DNA from: Minisyncoccia bacterium
GTDB lineage: Bacteria > Patescibacteriota > Minisyncoccia > UBA6257 > 2-01-FULL-56-20
NCBI GenBank assembly: GCA_049997875.1
Contig: JBEKRC010000004.1
Location: 8,928-72,927, forward strand
DNA: 64,000 nucleotides
Direction: 5' to 3'
Position numbers and translations under genes: made by a program. The notes under the pieces are model-generated. The model was not told the origin of the DNA. It did not search any database and worked only from the letters and a program-made list of their open reading frames with translations. Within the stretch, counting starts at the first letter, position 1. The number at the start of each line of letters is the position of its first letter. Below are positions 9,561-18,593 of the stretch, piece by piece.

Positions 9561-9658
9561 GATCACATTAAATCATTCGTTATTATAAAGAAAAACAGTG
9601 CGGATTTCAATGTGTGGAGCACGGACGACATTTTGTATCGCACTATTCATGCCGCCCC

Positions 9659-10408
9659 TTAGACATCAATCTCAAGCAGAATCGGCAGATGGTCGGAATA
9701 TTTTGTCTTAGGAATGCGGGAGGAGAGGACTTTTACGTCCTTTGTGGCAAAAACATAATCAAGGCGCCAGCGGAGTTTGGTTTCCCTGAATCCGCGGTAG
9801 TCAAACGGCTTCGTCGTCCATGTGTTCTCGCGGAAATCCGGACCACAGTGCTTGAGGTATCTTTGAATGTTCTCAATGGTATAAGAACGAGGGGATGCAT
9901 TGAGATCTCCCGTGAAAATAAAATTCCTTTTCTTCCGCCTAAGGATGCTGAGAAGCGCATCGGCTTCTTTCCGCTTTGCGGGTGTTGTGACGAAACGTTT
10001 TGTATAAGAGGTATGCGTCGTGCCCACGACAAGCGCGCGCTTTCCCGGCACGGCAACCCTCACTTCTCCATATATTCGTCCCAAGGTTGAATAATTTCCT
10101 GTATAGGGCATTTCCTTTTGGACATGTCGGGAAAATACGGCTTTAATTGGGAACCGACTGAAAATCCCATTGCCGAACGGAAATTGTTCTCCTTTTTCGT
10201 TCGGCTGTTTTTGAGCAGGAAAGAAGGCGTAATAAAAATGCAGTTCATTCGCTATTTTTTTCGGAACATCTTCGTACTTGTTCCATTTTCCGCCCACCAC
10301 AAGCTCCTGAAAACAAGCAATGTCGGGATTCACTTTCTTGACGAATCGTATAATGTTTCCTACACCTTCCTCATTCCAAACATTCCACTGCAATATCTTT
10401 ATATGCAT
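9659..10408 (-). CDS. Endonuclease/exonuclease/phosphatase (EEP) family protein
   Basis: N-terminal IKILQWNVW and C-terminal SDHLPI motifs typical of the EEP fold; 249 aa. Confidence 0.7.
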   Translation of the reverse strand: MHIKILQWNVWNEEGVGNIIRFVKKVNPDIACFQELVVGGKWNKYEDVPKKIANELHFYYAFFPAQKQPNEKGEQFPFGNGIFSRFPIKAVFSRHVQKEMPYTGNYSTLGRIYGEVRVAVPGKRALVVGTTHTSYTKRFVTTPAKRKEADALLSILRRKKRNFIFTGDLNASPRSYTIENIQRYLKHCGPDFRENTWTTKPFDYRGFRETKLRWRLDYVFATKDVKVLSSRIPKTKYSDHLPILLEIDV

Positions 10409-10462
10409 GAGAAAATAATATCACGTTCGTACTGGTTCCGATATCCAGAAATCCGGACATTG

Positions 10463-11023
10463 TCAGCGCAACCAATACTCATATAAAATCACCAGCGAAA
10501 AAAGAAATACTAAAAACTCTGCAATTGCGTAAGGGTGAAATCTTAGGTAAATGTTTTTAATCCAATCTTTATCGCCGTAGTGCACTGAGAGACGCCGGAC
10601 ATCTTCCCCGCTCCATACGTAGAGTGTTTTTGCGGGTAGTTTGTTTCTTGAAATATCGTACTGATAGAAAAACGCATAGTAGTTTTGTGACAATGGATAG
10701 AACCACCGAACGCCCCATCCGAGCCCGATTGAATCATGAAGAAAATGCAAAAATGTCGTTATCGCAAATAGTGCGGCCCATCGGTAATCAAAAAAAGAAA
10801 TGATGATCGTTCCAATGGGAATGAATAACAGCGGATAATGAAACAAATCGCGATGTTCATGCGCCCTTGCGGTAGTCCCCTTTTTCAGTGTGAAGAGAAA
10901 ATCAAAGTCGGGCAGGAGGGAAAATAAAATGCCGCCTGCGAGAAAAATCGGCGTGAACGCGATTCCAAAAAATCGGCCTAAGAAAACTGATGCGAAAATG
11001 CCTACCCCTATGTCCAGCGGCAC
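10463..11023 (-). CDS. Membrane-bound metal-dependent hydrolase (YdjM/DUF457-like)
   Basis: Polytopic membrane protein with HEHRDLFHYP and FLHFLHDS histidine clusters characteristic of the family. Confidence 0.5.
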   Translation of the reverse strand: MPLDIGVGIFASVFLGRFFGIAFTPIFLAGGILFSLLPDFDFLFTLKKGTTARAHEHRDLFHYPLLFIPIGTIIISFFDYRWAALFAITTFLHFLHDSIGLGWGVRWFYPLSQNYYAFFYQYDISRNKLPAKTLYVWSGEDVRRLSVHYGDKDWIKNIYLRFHPYAIAEFLVFLFSLVILYEYWLR

Positions 11024-11050
11024 GGTTTTATTATAGATCCTTTTAACGTC

Positions 11051-12157
11051 CTATCCTCCCTCCTCCAAATCCTCCAGTAATTTCTTCGCATTCGCACTTA
11101 GCTTCTTTGGCGCCTTGATAATGAAATTCACGAAAAGATCGCCGCGGCCATACGAACCGAACCGCGGCATGCCTTCGCCCGGGATACGCAAATTGTCTTT
11201 CAGGTTGAAGTGCGCGGGGATCTCCACGGCGATCTTGCCGCCCGAGATGGTCGGAACCTCAATTTTCTTTCCAAGGAGAAGATGGATGACGTTCAATTCC
11301 CGCGCGACGACGAGGTCATTCCCGTTGCGTTCAAAAAGGTGATGCGGCTTCACGCGCACGCGGATGTAAAGATCGCCCGCCGCCGTACCGCGCTCGCCCG
11401 CCTCGCCCATCCCCTTCACCTTGATCAATTGGTTGTCCTCAATGCCCGGCAAGAGTTCCACGTTTACCTCGCGCGCGGCCTCCATCCGGCCCGCTCCCTT
11501 GCACGTGCTGCATGATTTTTTCGGCACTTCTCCCGTGCCGTGGCACTTCTCACAGATCTTTACCTGCGAGAAACTGCCGAAGAACGTCCGGCGCTGCTCG
11601 CGGATCTCGCCGCGCCCGTCGCAGGTGGAACATTTTTCAAAACCGCTCCCTGCCTCGGCGCCCTTGCCGCCGCACTTCGCGCATTGCACGAACGTACGCA
11701 AGTGCAGGGTTTTCGTCACGCCGCGGAACGCTTCCTCAAGCGTGATTTCCTCGTGCATTTCAAGATCCGAACCGCGCTCGTACGTTTTTCGCGCGGGACG
11801 CACGCCCATCCCTTCAAAAAAGCTCTCAAAAATGTCGCCGAGGTCGCCCATATCGCCGAAATTTTGCGGATCAAAACCGAATCCGAACCCTTCCCAATTT
11901 GGCGCTCCTCCCGGAAAACCGCCCCATTGGGTACCGCCGAACCCCACTCCCGGCTCCGCCGTGCCGAAACGGTCGTACTGGGCGCGCTTCGTCCTATCCG
12001 AAAGCACCTGGTACGCTTCGTTGATCTCCTTGAACCTGCTTTCGTCGCCGCCCGGCTTGTCCGGGTGGTACTGATGCGCGAGCTTGCGGTACGCCTTTTT
12101 CACTTCCTCGTCGGAAGCGTTTTTTGCAACCCCCAAAATATGATAATAATCTTTCAT
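11051..12157 (-). CDS. dnaJ: Molecular chaperone DnaJ
   Basis: J-domain with HPD (YHPDKPGG), Gly/Phe region and four CxxCxGxG zinc-finger repeats. Confidence 0.95.
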   Translation of the reverse strand: MKDYYHILGVAKNASDEEVKKAYRKLAHQYHPDKPGGDESRFKEINEAYQVLSDRTKRAQYDRFGTAEPGVGFGGTQWGGFPGGAPNWEGFGFGFDPQNFGDMGDLGDIFESFFEGMGVRPARKTYERGSDLEMHEEITLEEAFRGVTKTLHLRTFVQCAKCGGKGAEAGSGFEKCSTCDGRGEIREQRRTFFGSFSQVKICEKCHGTGEVPKKSCSTCKGAGRMEAAREVNVELLPGIEDNQLIKVKGMGEAGERGTAAGDLYIRVRVKPHHLFERNGNDLVVARELNVIHLLLGKKIEVPTISGGKIAVEIPAHFNLKDNLRIPGEGMPRFGSYGRGDLFVNFIIKAPKKLSANAKKLLEDLEEGG

Positions 12158-12202
12158 GGCATTTCCTATGATACTACGCGGACATTAAAAATCCATTAAA
12201 TA

Positions 12203-13246
12203 TTAATACGTAATGACCTCTTGGGTCTGCGTAATCTTATCTATATGCATGAATCCGGTTGCGAGCAAGATCTCGTAGACAATAAGCGATGCGAACTCAG
12301 CAACCCAAACGAATGCAATGCCGATACTGCGGAGGATGAAAAATAAAATGATGGCCCACACCGCAATAAATTGGGTTTGAAAATGGTCCCGCAACCCGAC
12401 GAGTGTGGCGACGAGGTAGTCGTACGCCACGTCGCTCACCGTTTCATCGGGTGCCGGCGCTATTTTGGTCGTCTGCGCCACGCTCGCCGTCAATTGCGCC
12501 GCGGCCTGCGCGACCGTCTTATTCTGCTCCGATTGGTTTAGCGATCCGAACGCCGGATTTTGCGCGAGCTCCGTCCTCGCAATGTTCTCCGCAAATGTCC
12601 CGAAGGAACCCGCGAGCGGAACATTGGGGTAGAAACCATTCACCACGCCCGCGGCCCAATCAAAGAATACGTGAAAATCCCCGCGCGCCACGAATACCGG
12701 TTGCCCCTGACTCTCCGCCTGCGGCACGTACACAAGAATCATGACCAAAACGAGGGCTGTCACCACCTTCCCCAACACGCTTCGCGCTATCCTAAAGAAT
12801 TGGACCTCAATGCTGCCGCGCAGCGCCGAACGGCTCGCGAAATATCCCCAGAGGAGCACCGCGAACGCGACGAGTCCCGCGATGCCGGCGATCAACCAGC
12901 TGTCGTAAAACAAAAAGCACGCGATAAGCGCCACTGATTCCCCAAAAATAACGAGTGTCCGCCGCCCAATTCCCTTTGCAAGAAAAACCTGCAATGCGGA
13001 ACATGCGGAGAAAAGGAGAAACGCGGCGAAGAGATACCACGGCGAGGAAGCGACGGAAAGATAACGGAAATAGAACCAGCCGAAACAGAGCGCGGAGGCG
13101 ATGCTCAAGAAATCAATTACAATGGACCGCCAAAATCCTTCCGTTCCCGCAGAGGACGATACCTTATTGGGATTGATCAGGTTTTGGCTCTGGTTTTGGC
13201 TCTGGGTTCTCGGTCCCGTGAGCGTCGCCGGATTGATTTCCATCAT
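12203..13246 (-). CDS. Hypothetical polytopic membrane protein inserted between dnaK and dnaJ
   Basis: 347-aa ORF with 6 or more TM helices. The track ORF overlaps the dnaK 3' end by 83 nt, so the true start is probably downstream at a non-ATG codon; N-terminal QSQNQSQN low-complexity stretch. Confidence 0.5.
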   Translation of the reverse strand: MMEINPATLTGPRTQSQNQSQNLINPNKVSSSAGTEGFWRSIVIDFLSIASALCFGWFYFRYLSVASSPWYLFAAFLLFSACSALQVFLAKGIGRRTLVIFGESVALIACFLFYDSWLIAGIAGLVAFAVLLWGYFASRSALRGSIEVQFFRIARSVLGKVVTALVLVMILVYVPQAESQGQPVFVARGDFHVFFDWAAGVVNGFYPNVPLAGSFGTFAENIARTELAQNPAFGSLNQSEQNKTVAQAAAQLTASVAQTTKIAPAPDETVSDVAYDYLVATLVGLRDHFQTQFIAVWAIILFFILRSIGIAFVWVAEFASLIVYEILLATGFMHIDKITQTQEVITY

Positions 13247-15062
13247 TCTTATTATAGAACGCCTGGCCGATTTTTTGAATCTCGGCCGAAAGCGACGCTG
13301 TGGCCGACTGGATCGCCGCCATGTCTTCCCCCTCCTCTGCCTTTTTGAGTGCCGTGAGCTTTTCCGCCACGCCGCCTTTCACATCGGCCGGCAATTTATC
13401 GCCCGCGTCCTTCAATGCTTTCTCCGTCGTGTAGATGAGCGATTCTGCCTGGTTGCGCGCCTCAACTAATTCCCTCTTTTTGGCATCCTCGGCTGCGTGC
13501 TCGGTTGCTTCTTTCTTTAATTTCTCAATTTCGTCCTTTGAAAGGTTTGTGGACGCCTGGATCTTCACCGATTGCGTCTTGCCGGTCGCTTTGTCCTTAG
13601 CGGAGACGTTCAGAATGCCGTTCGCGTCAATATCAAACGTGACCTCAATCTGCGGCATGCCGCGCGGGGAAGGCGGAATGCCATCCAGCATGAAGCGCGC
13701 GAGTGTTTTGTTATCTCCCGCCATCGGGCGTTCGCCTTGCACCACGTGCACTTCCACGGATGTCTGATTGTCCGCGGCTGTGCTGAAAATCTGCGTCTTC
13801 GCGGTCGGCACCGTCGTATTCTTTTGGATCATGGGCGTCGCGACCGCGCCGTACGTTTCAATTGCGAGCGTGAGCGGCGTCACGTCCAAGAGCAAAATAT
13901 CTTTCACGTCGCCCTGCAGAATGCCTGCCTGTACCGCCGCCCCTGCTGCCACTACTTCGTCAGGATTGATCCCTTGGTGCGGATCCTTCCCAAAAAGTTT
14001 TTTCACCGCATCCTGCATTGCGGGCATCCGCGTCTGCCCGCCCACCAAAATCACTTCGTTGATGTCCCCCATTTTGAACCCGGCGCCCTTCGGCGCGGGC
14101 GATGTGACGGTCTCATTTGTCAACTGGATGGACCGGTCAATATACTTCTGTACGAGCGATTCCAGTTTCGCGCGCGAAAGTTTCATCAGGAAGTGCTTCG
14201 GGCCGTTCGCATCGGAGCTGATATACGGCAGATTGATCTCGGTTTCCACCGCCGTTGAAAGTTCGTGTTTCGCCTTTTCGGCCGCCTCCTTCAGGCGCTG
14301 GAGCGCAAGCGGGTCCTTTGAAATATCAATCCCCTCCTGCTTTTTATATTCCACGACGAGATATTGCTGGATTTCTTTGTCAAAATCGTCGCCGCCCAAG
14401 TGCGTGTCGCCACCGGTCGCTTTCACCTCCACAACATCGTCGCCCACCTCAAGCACGGAAATATCAAATGTCCCGCCGCCAAAATCGTAGACGACGATCT
14501 TTTCGCTTTTCTGCTTGTTCAAACCATACGCAAGCGCCGCCGCCGTCGGCTCGTTGATGATGCGGCGCACCTTGAGGCCCGCAATCTCGCCCGCATTCTT
14601 CGTTGCTTGCCGCTGCGAGTCGTCAAAATACGCCGGCACCGTGATCACGGCCTCTTCTACCTTCTCGCCAAGCTTCGCTTCCGCGTCGGCTTTCAATTTG
14701 CCAAGGATAAACGCGGAGATCTCTTCCGGCGAATACCACTTGTCGCCCATTTTCACTTCCACGCCGCCGGTCGCACTCGCCTGGATATCGTACGGAAGCC
14801 ACGCCTTATCCCGTTGCACCTCGGGGTCGGTAAATTTCCGTCCCATCAGGCGCTTCACCGAAAAGATGGTATTCTTCGGGTTCGTCACCGATTGCCGCTT
14901 CGCGAGCAACCCCACCAATCGTTCGTTTGATTTTGAGAGCGCCACGATGGAGGGCGTCGTCCGATTTCCTTCCACATTTTCCAGAATGCGCGGCTCGCCG
15001 CCCTCGGTCACCGCGACCGCGGAGTTCGTCGTCCCCAAGTCAATTCCCAAAATTTTCGCCAT
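13164..15062 (-). CDS. dnaK: Molecular chaperone DnaK (Hsp70)
   Basis: [26 protein letters not shown] and the remaining Hsp70 signatures; 632 aa. Confidence 0.97.
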   Translation of the reverse strand: MAKILGIDLGTTNSAVAVTEGGEPRILENVEGNRTTPSIVALSKSNERLVGLLAKRQSVTNPKNTIFSVKRLMGRKFTDPEVQRDKAWLPYDIQASATGGVEVKMGDKWYSPEEISAFILGKLKADAEAKLGEKVEEAVITVPAYFDDSQRQATKNAGEIAGLKVRRIINEPTAAALAYGLNKQKSEKIVVYDFGGGTFDISVLEVGDDVVEVKATGGDTHLGGDDFDKEIQQYLVVEYKKQEGIDISKDPLALQRLKEAAEKAKHELSTAVETEINLPYISSDANGPKHFLMKLSRAKLESLVQKYIDRSIQLTNETVTSPAPKGAGFKMGDINEVILVGGQTRMPAMQDAVKKLFGKDPHQGINPDEVVAAGAAVQAGILQGDVKDILLLDVTPLTLAIETYGAVATPMIQKNTTVPTAKTQIFSTAADNQTSVEVHVVQGERPMAGDNKTLARFMLDGIPPSPRGMPQIEVTFDIDANGILNVSAKDKATGKTQSVKIQASTNLSKDEIEKLKKEATEHAAEDAKKRELVEARNQAESLIYTTEKALKDAGDKLPADVKGGVAEKLTALKKAEEGEDMAAIQSATASLSAEIQKIGQAFYNKNDGNQSGDAHGTENPEPKPEPKPDQSQ

Positions 15063-15068
15063 TGTTTT

Positions 15069-15764
15069 TTATTTTATTAATTTTTTCAAATAGTTAATGG
15101 GCCGACAAATACCCATATTGGCGGGGATATCTGCAAATTTGGATTGGTTAGCGGGATCAGTTTGCACTCGGCTAGAGATTCTTCCACTCACAATACCGAT
15201 AACTTCGCCGGTTGATTTCGAAAATAACGGCGATCCGCTTGAGCCACTGTTAGTGTGTGTGTCAATCATAAAGAAATGCAACGACTTATCTTGCATCCGC
15301 CTTTTTATCGAACTGACTATGCAATGGTTCGCACTCATTGTGATTCCAAATCCCATTGCTAAAAGCTCTGTGGCTAAGGGATATCCCATAAACAGAAGCT
15401 CATCGCCCTCTCTAACTTTTTCCGAATCACCGATTTTCTCTACTGGGATGAAGTTGTCTTTTCCCTTTATTTTCATAACAGCAATGTCGTTTTCTTCGTC
15501 GAGCCTAACGACCTCAATGTCAACCTTCTTATAATAAGTAATTGCGTCTTCTACTCGATCTATCACTTGTGCACTCAAATACTGCCGCTGATTTTCAGGG
15601 ATCTCTTTGTAAACATGTGCATTAGTAATGAACGTACCATCCTTCAAAACAATGAAACCAGTTCCGCGGATACTCAGCTGGGCTTGGTTATTCGAACCCG
15701 GAATAACTAACTGCAGAAGGATGATTGCCTTGCTATTATTTTCGATAATTTTTGAGTTTTCCAT
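15069..15764 (-). CDS. Cytoplasmic trypsin-like (S1/Trypsin_2) serine protease
   Basis: Catalytic triad in order: His (TNAHV), Asp (NDIAVMKI), Ser (TNSGSSGSPLF, GDSGGP-like); no signal peptide; strongly AT-rich versus the flanking dnaK and grpE. Confidence 0.65.
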   Translation of the reverse strand: MENSKIIENNSKAIILLQLVIPGSNNQAQLSIRGTGFIVLKDGTFITNAHVYKEIPENQRQYLSAQVIDRVEDAITYYKKVDIEVVRLDEENDIAVMKIKGKDNFIPVEKIGDSEKVREGDELLFMGYPLATELLAMGFGITMSANHCIVSSIKRRMQDKSLHFFMIDTHTNSGSSGSPLFSKSTGEVIGIVSGRISSRVQTDPANQSKFADIPANMGICRPINYLKKLIK

Positions 15765-15769
15765 AGTTT

Positions 15770-16387
15770 TTACGTTTTATTTCTTATTTTCAATTTATTT
15801 CTCGACCTAGTAAGTAATTCCCTTTTTGTCCAGCCAACGAAGCCTTCGGGACCGTATCTTTCAATCTTCACAACTTGCTGAGAATCTAGTAAAAACAGGA
15901 ATGGGGCTGGTTTATTATTGTTATTGTTCAAAAAATTATTGGCAATCTCATCAAAATCGGAAAGAAGAGCAAATACCCCCAAATTTATTGCTATGCTAGA
16001 AGGGAAAAAATCAGTCAGTTTATCAATATAGGCATTAGTGCTCGAACCGGTATCTACAATCTGTATTGATTTTCCTATAAAGCTTTCTTTTATCGTACCA
16101 GCATGAATTTCTTTAATATTTGGCGCAGGAATAAAAAATTTTGCGTTGCTGCTAAGTTGGAATCTTAGGGTTGATGTGTGGATTCTATCAAAATAGGGGG
16201 TTGAAAGCACGCCCGAGTGGTTCTCGGCCGCTAATAAAGGCAAACAATCGATCGTGTACCCTGCCGCGGGGATGCAACGAAGACAATATTCGCTACTTGA
16301 ATCAAAATTACGTTCAAACGAGCCTAACCGCAGTTGCGTTACATACTTTTCTACAATTTTTAATTTTCTCTGACGAAAATCTTCCAT
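15770..16387 (-). CDS. Hypothetical CxxC protein, possibly thioredoxin-fold
   Basis: 205 aa; an N-terminal YCLRC (CxxC) motif preceded by F-x-SSSE, and a C-terminal FLFLLDSQQVVKIERYGPEGFVGW resembling the redoxin beta-strand region; AT-rich; abuts the protease gene. Confidence 0.35.
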   Translation of the reverse strand: MEDFRQRKLKIVEKYVTQLRLGSFERNFDSSSEYCLRCIPAAGYTIDCLPLLAAENHSGVLSTPYFDRIHTSTLRFQLSSNAKFFIPAPNIKEIHAGTIKESFIGKSIQIVDTGSSTNAYIDKLTDFFPSSIAINLGVFALLSDFDEIANNFLNNNNNKPAPFLFLLDSQQVVKIERYGPEGFVGWTKRELLTRSRNKLKIRNKT

Positions 16388-16388
16388 A

Positions 16389-16946
16389 TTATTTCTGCTT
16401 GCTTATAATCACGCGCGCGGCCCGCAATACCTTGTCATGTAATTTGTATCCGGGCTCTATCTCTTCCACGATCGCCCCGGGCGATTGTTCCGATTCCACT
16501 TCGGTCATCGCCTCGGCGACCGCCGGGTCAAACGGATCGCCCGGCTTAATAATTATCTTCGTAAGTCCGCGCTTTTTCAGAATGTCTTCTATCTGCGACC
16601 GAATAAGATACACTCCCTTATCCACCGTCCCATTCTTTTCCAGCGCACGGAGCCCGAGGTCAAAATTATCCAGCACCGTAATAAAGTCTCTTATAAGATC
16701 TATACTTCCGTACTGCGCCACTTCCTGCAGATGCGCGAATTCCTCTTTTTTGTAATTGATAAAGTCCGCCTTCGCGCGCTGCCATCCGGCAAGATATTCA
16801 TTCTTTTCATCATTACATTTTTGTAACTGTTCTTTGTAAAACTCATTAACAACTTCCCATTCCTCTTTTCCTTCTTTGGGGATTGAGCTGCAATTTTGTT
16901 TATAAAACTCAGCAAATGTTAACTTATCTTTGTTCTCTTCCGCCAT
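16389..16946 (-). CDS. grpE: Nucleotide exchange factor GrpE
   Basis: 185 aa with GrpE core LAGWQRAKADFINYKKE...VLDNFDLGL...IEPGYKLHDKVLRAARV. Confidence 0.85.
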   Translation of the reverse strand: MAEENKDKLTFAEFYKQNCSSIPKEGKEEWEVVNEFYKEQLQKCNDEKNEYLAGWQRAKADFINYKKEEFAHLQEVAQYGSIDLIRDFITVLDNFDLGLRALEKNGTVDKGVYLIRSQIEDILKKRGLTKIIIKPGDPFDPAVAEAMTEVESEQSPGAIVEEIEPGYKLHDKVLRAARVIISKQK

Positions 16947-16954
16947 GTTCTTTA

Positions 16955-17635
16955 TTATAAGCTTTTAAAAACTCGTATGACCTTTTTATAATCCATCCGC
17001 TTCGGGCCGATGGCAAAAATGGAAATGGTGGTACCGTCCATGCGGTAATTCCCGCCGACCACGGAAAGGTTCTCGCTTTTCGTGAGCGGGCTCTTCCTGC
17101 CAATGAAGACCTTCGGCGCTTCGCCCGCCGGGCCGACTTTCTCCGCTGCCCGCGGCAGACGCTCGTCCACATCTTCAAAATCGCGGATCACCGAGCGGAT
17201 CTCGCCGCGATTTTCCCAATCCAGGCAATCCACAAGCTCCTCAAGGCCGGTTTTATACACCGCTTCGTGCGCAAGGTCCGCCGCCACGCTCACGAGCCGC
17301 AATTCAGCAGAAAGATGGCCCAAAAGATCCGGCCACGCACGCTCATGAAAAAGTCCGGCAAGGGTCGGTTCGCGGGATTCCGGAACGGTGCCCAAAAGCC
17401 GCTTTGCGAAAAATTCGTAACCCGCATCCGTGGGCACGCGTCCGGCCGAATGATGCGGCTGCTCCAAATATTCCGCGTCTTCCAGCGCGTCAAGCTCCAG
17501 CCGAATCGTCGCCGGCTTGATGCCGAAATCGTAATGGTCAAAAAGCCAGCCCGAGCTTACGGGCTCTCCTGTCGCAATGAAACCCTGCACCGCCGCTTCA
17601 AGGATTTGCAACGTCCGCTCGTTCATCAAGGCCAT
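16955..17635 (-). CDS. hrcA: Heat-inducible transcription repressor HrcA (short form)
   Basis: N-terminal winged helix (ERTLQILEAAVQGFIATGEPVSSGWL...ATIRLELDALEDAEYLEQPHHSAGRVPTDAGY). The track start at 17656 overlaps CIRCE, so the ATG at 17635 or 17626 is preferred. Confidence 0.75.
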   Translation of the reverse strand: MALMNERTLQILEAAVQGFIATGEPVSSGWLFDHYDFGIKPATIRLELDALEDAEYLEQPHHSAGRVPTDAGYEFFAKRLLGTVPESREPTLAGLFHERAWPDLLGHLSAELRLVSVAADLAHEAVYKTGLEELVDCLDWENRGEIRSVIRDFEDVDERLPRAAEKVGPAGEAPKVFIGRKSPLTKSENLSVVGGNYRMDGTTISIFAIGPKRMDYKKVIRVFKSL

Positions 17636-17645
17636 TATAGCGCGA

Positions 17646-17672
17646 TTAGCAATCATGTCAAGAGAGTGCTAA
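17646..17672. promoter_or_regulatory. CIRCE operator (HrcA binding site) upstream of hrcA-grpE-dnaK-dnaJ
   Basis: TTAGCAATC-N9-GAGTGCTAA matches the CIRCE consensus TTAGCACTC-N9-GAGTGCTAA with one mismatch. Confidence 0.8.
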
Positions 17673-17699
17673 TACGCGCGGTATGGTACAATATTTTCA

Positions 17700-18581
17700 A
17701 TGGATACCGAAAGGAACACGCACGTGGAATGGATTGACATCGCGCGGCCGACGAGAAGCGATCTTGCATGGCTCAAGAAGAAATTCGGATTGCATCCGGT
17801 CATCGTGGATGAGCTTAAAGGGCCCTCCGCGCGGGCGCACGCGGAGGCCTACAAGGACTATCTCTTTTTCATTTATTACTTCCCGAAGTACGATACGGAC
17901 GATGAAACGTCGGTGCGGACAGAAATAGATTTCATCGTCGCAAAGGATACCGTCGCTACTATCCATTACGAACCGATCACGGAAGCACTGGATCACTTTG
18001 CAGTGCGGCACGAAAAAAATTCTCTGGAGCTCATGTGCCACATCGTGGAACACTTGATCGCCTATGAAGAACGGCAGCTGCGCCACATCCGGGAAAAAGT
18101 GGAAGATGTCGGCCGGAACATCTTCAAAGGGAAAGAGCAGGAAGTCCTCGCCCGCATCATGTACCTGAAGCGCGACGTGTCGGAATACCGCATCGTCGTG
18201 CGCCTTCAGGAGCCGATCCTCCGCTCGCTCCTTGCCAAAGGAAGAAAATTCTGGGGAGACGATGCGGAAATATACCTGAACGACCTCATTGGGGACCAAC
18301 TGAAAGTGGTGAACCAGCTGGAAGACTATCGCGAGACCATCGTTGATTTTGAAGAGACCAACAACCAACTGATGAACTTGAAAATTTCAAACGTGATGAA
18401 AACGTTCACCGCGCTCTCGTTCCTCACCTTCCCGTTCGTGCTCCTCGCCGGGCTCTTCAGCATGAGAACGGTGGACACTCCCATCATTGGCCTGCCGGGC
18501 GCCTTTTGGATCGTGGCTGGCGCCATGGCCGCCGCGATGATAATTCTCGCAATCTATTTCAAGCGGAAGGGATGGTTTTAA
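17700..18581 (+). CDS. corA: CorA-family divalent-cation transporter with a non-canonical GMN motif; apparently leaderless
   Basis: Typical CorA cytoplasmic domain and two C-terminal TM helices; the loop motif reads LFSMRT instead of YGMN; extended -10 TGgTACAAT at 17684..17692 puts the transcription start at about the ATG. Confidence 0.75.
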   Translation: MDTERNTHVEWIDIARPTRSDLAWLKKKFGLHPVIVDELKGPSARAHAEAYKDYLFFIYYFPKYDTDDETSVRTEIDFIVAKDTVATIHYEPITEALDHFAVRHEKNSLELMCHIVEHLIAYEERQLRHIREKVEDVGRNIFKGKEQEVLARIMYLKRDVSEYRIVVRLQEPILRSLLAKGRKFWGDDAEIYLNDLIGDQLKVVNQLEDYRETIVDFEETNNQLMNLKISNVMKTFTALSFLTFPFVLLAGLFSMRTVDTPIIGLPGAFWIVAGAMAAAMIILAIYFKRKGWF

Positions 18582-18593
18582 ACGTTGTAAGCC

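Noticed and set aside
13572-15093. Several 100-240-aa plus-strand ORFs across dnaK
   Set aside because: All antisense to dnaK, whose identity is unambiguous.
16924-17178. 84-aa minus-strand ORF overlapping the grpE/hrcA junction
   Set aside because: Alternative frame inside hrcA; Arg/Ser-rich; no support.
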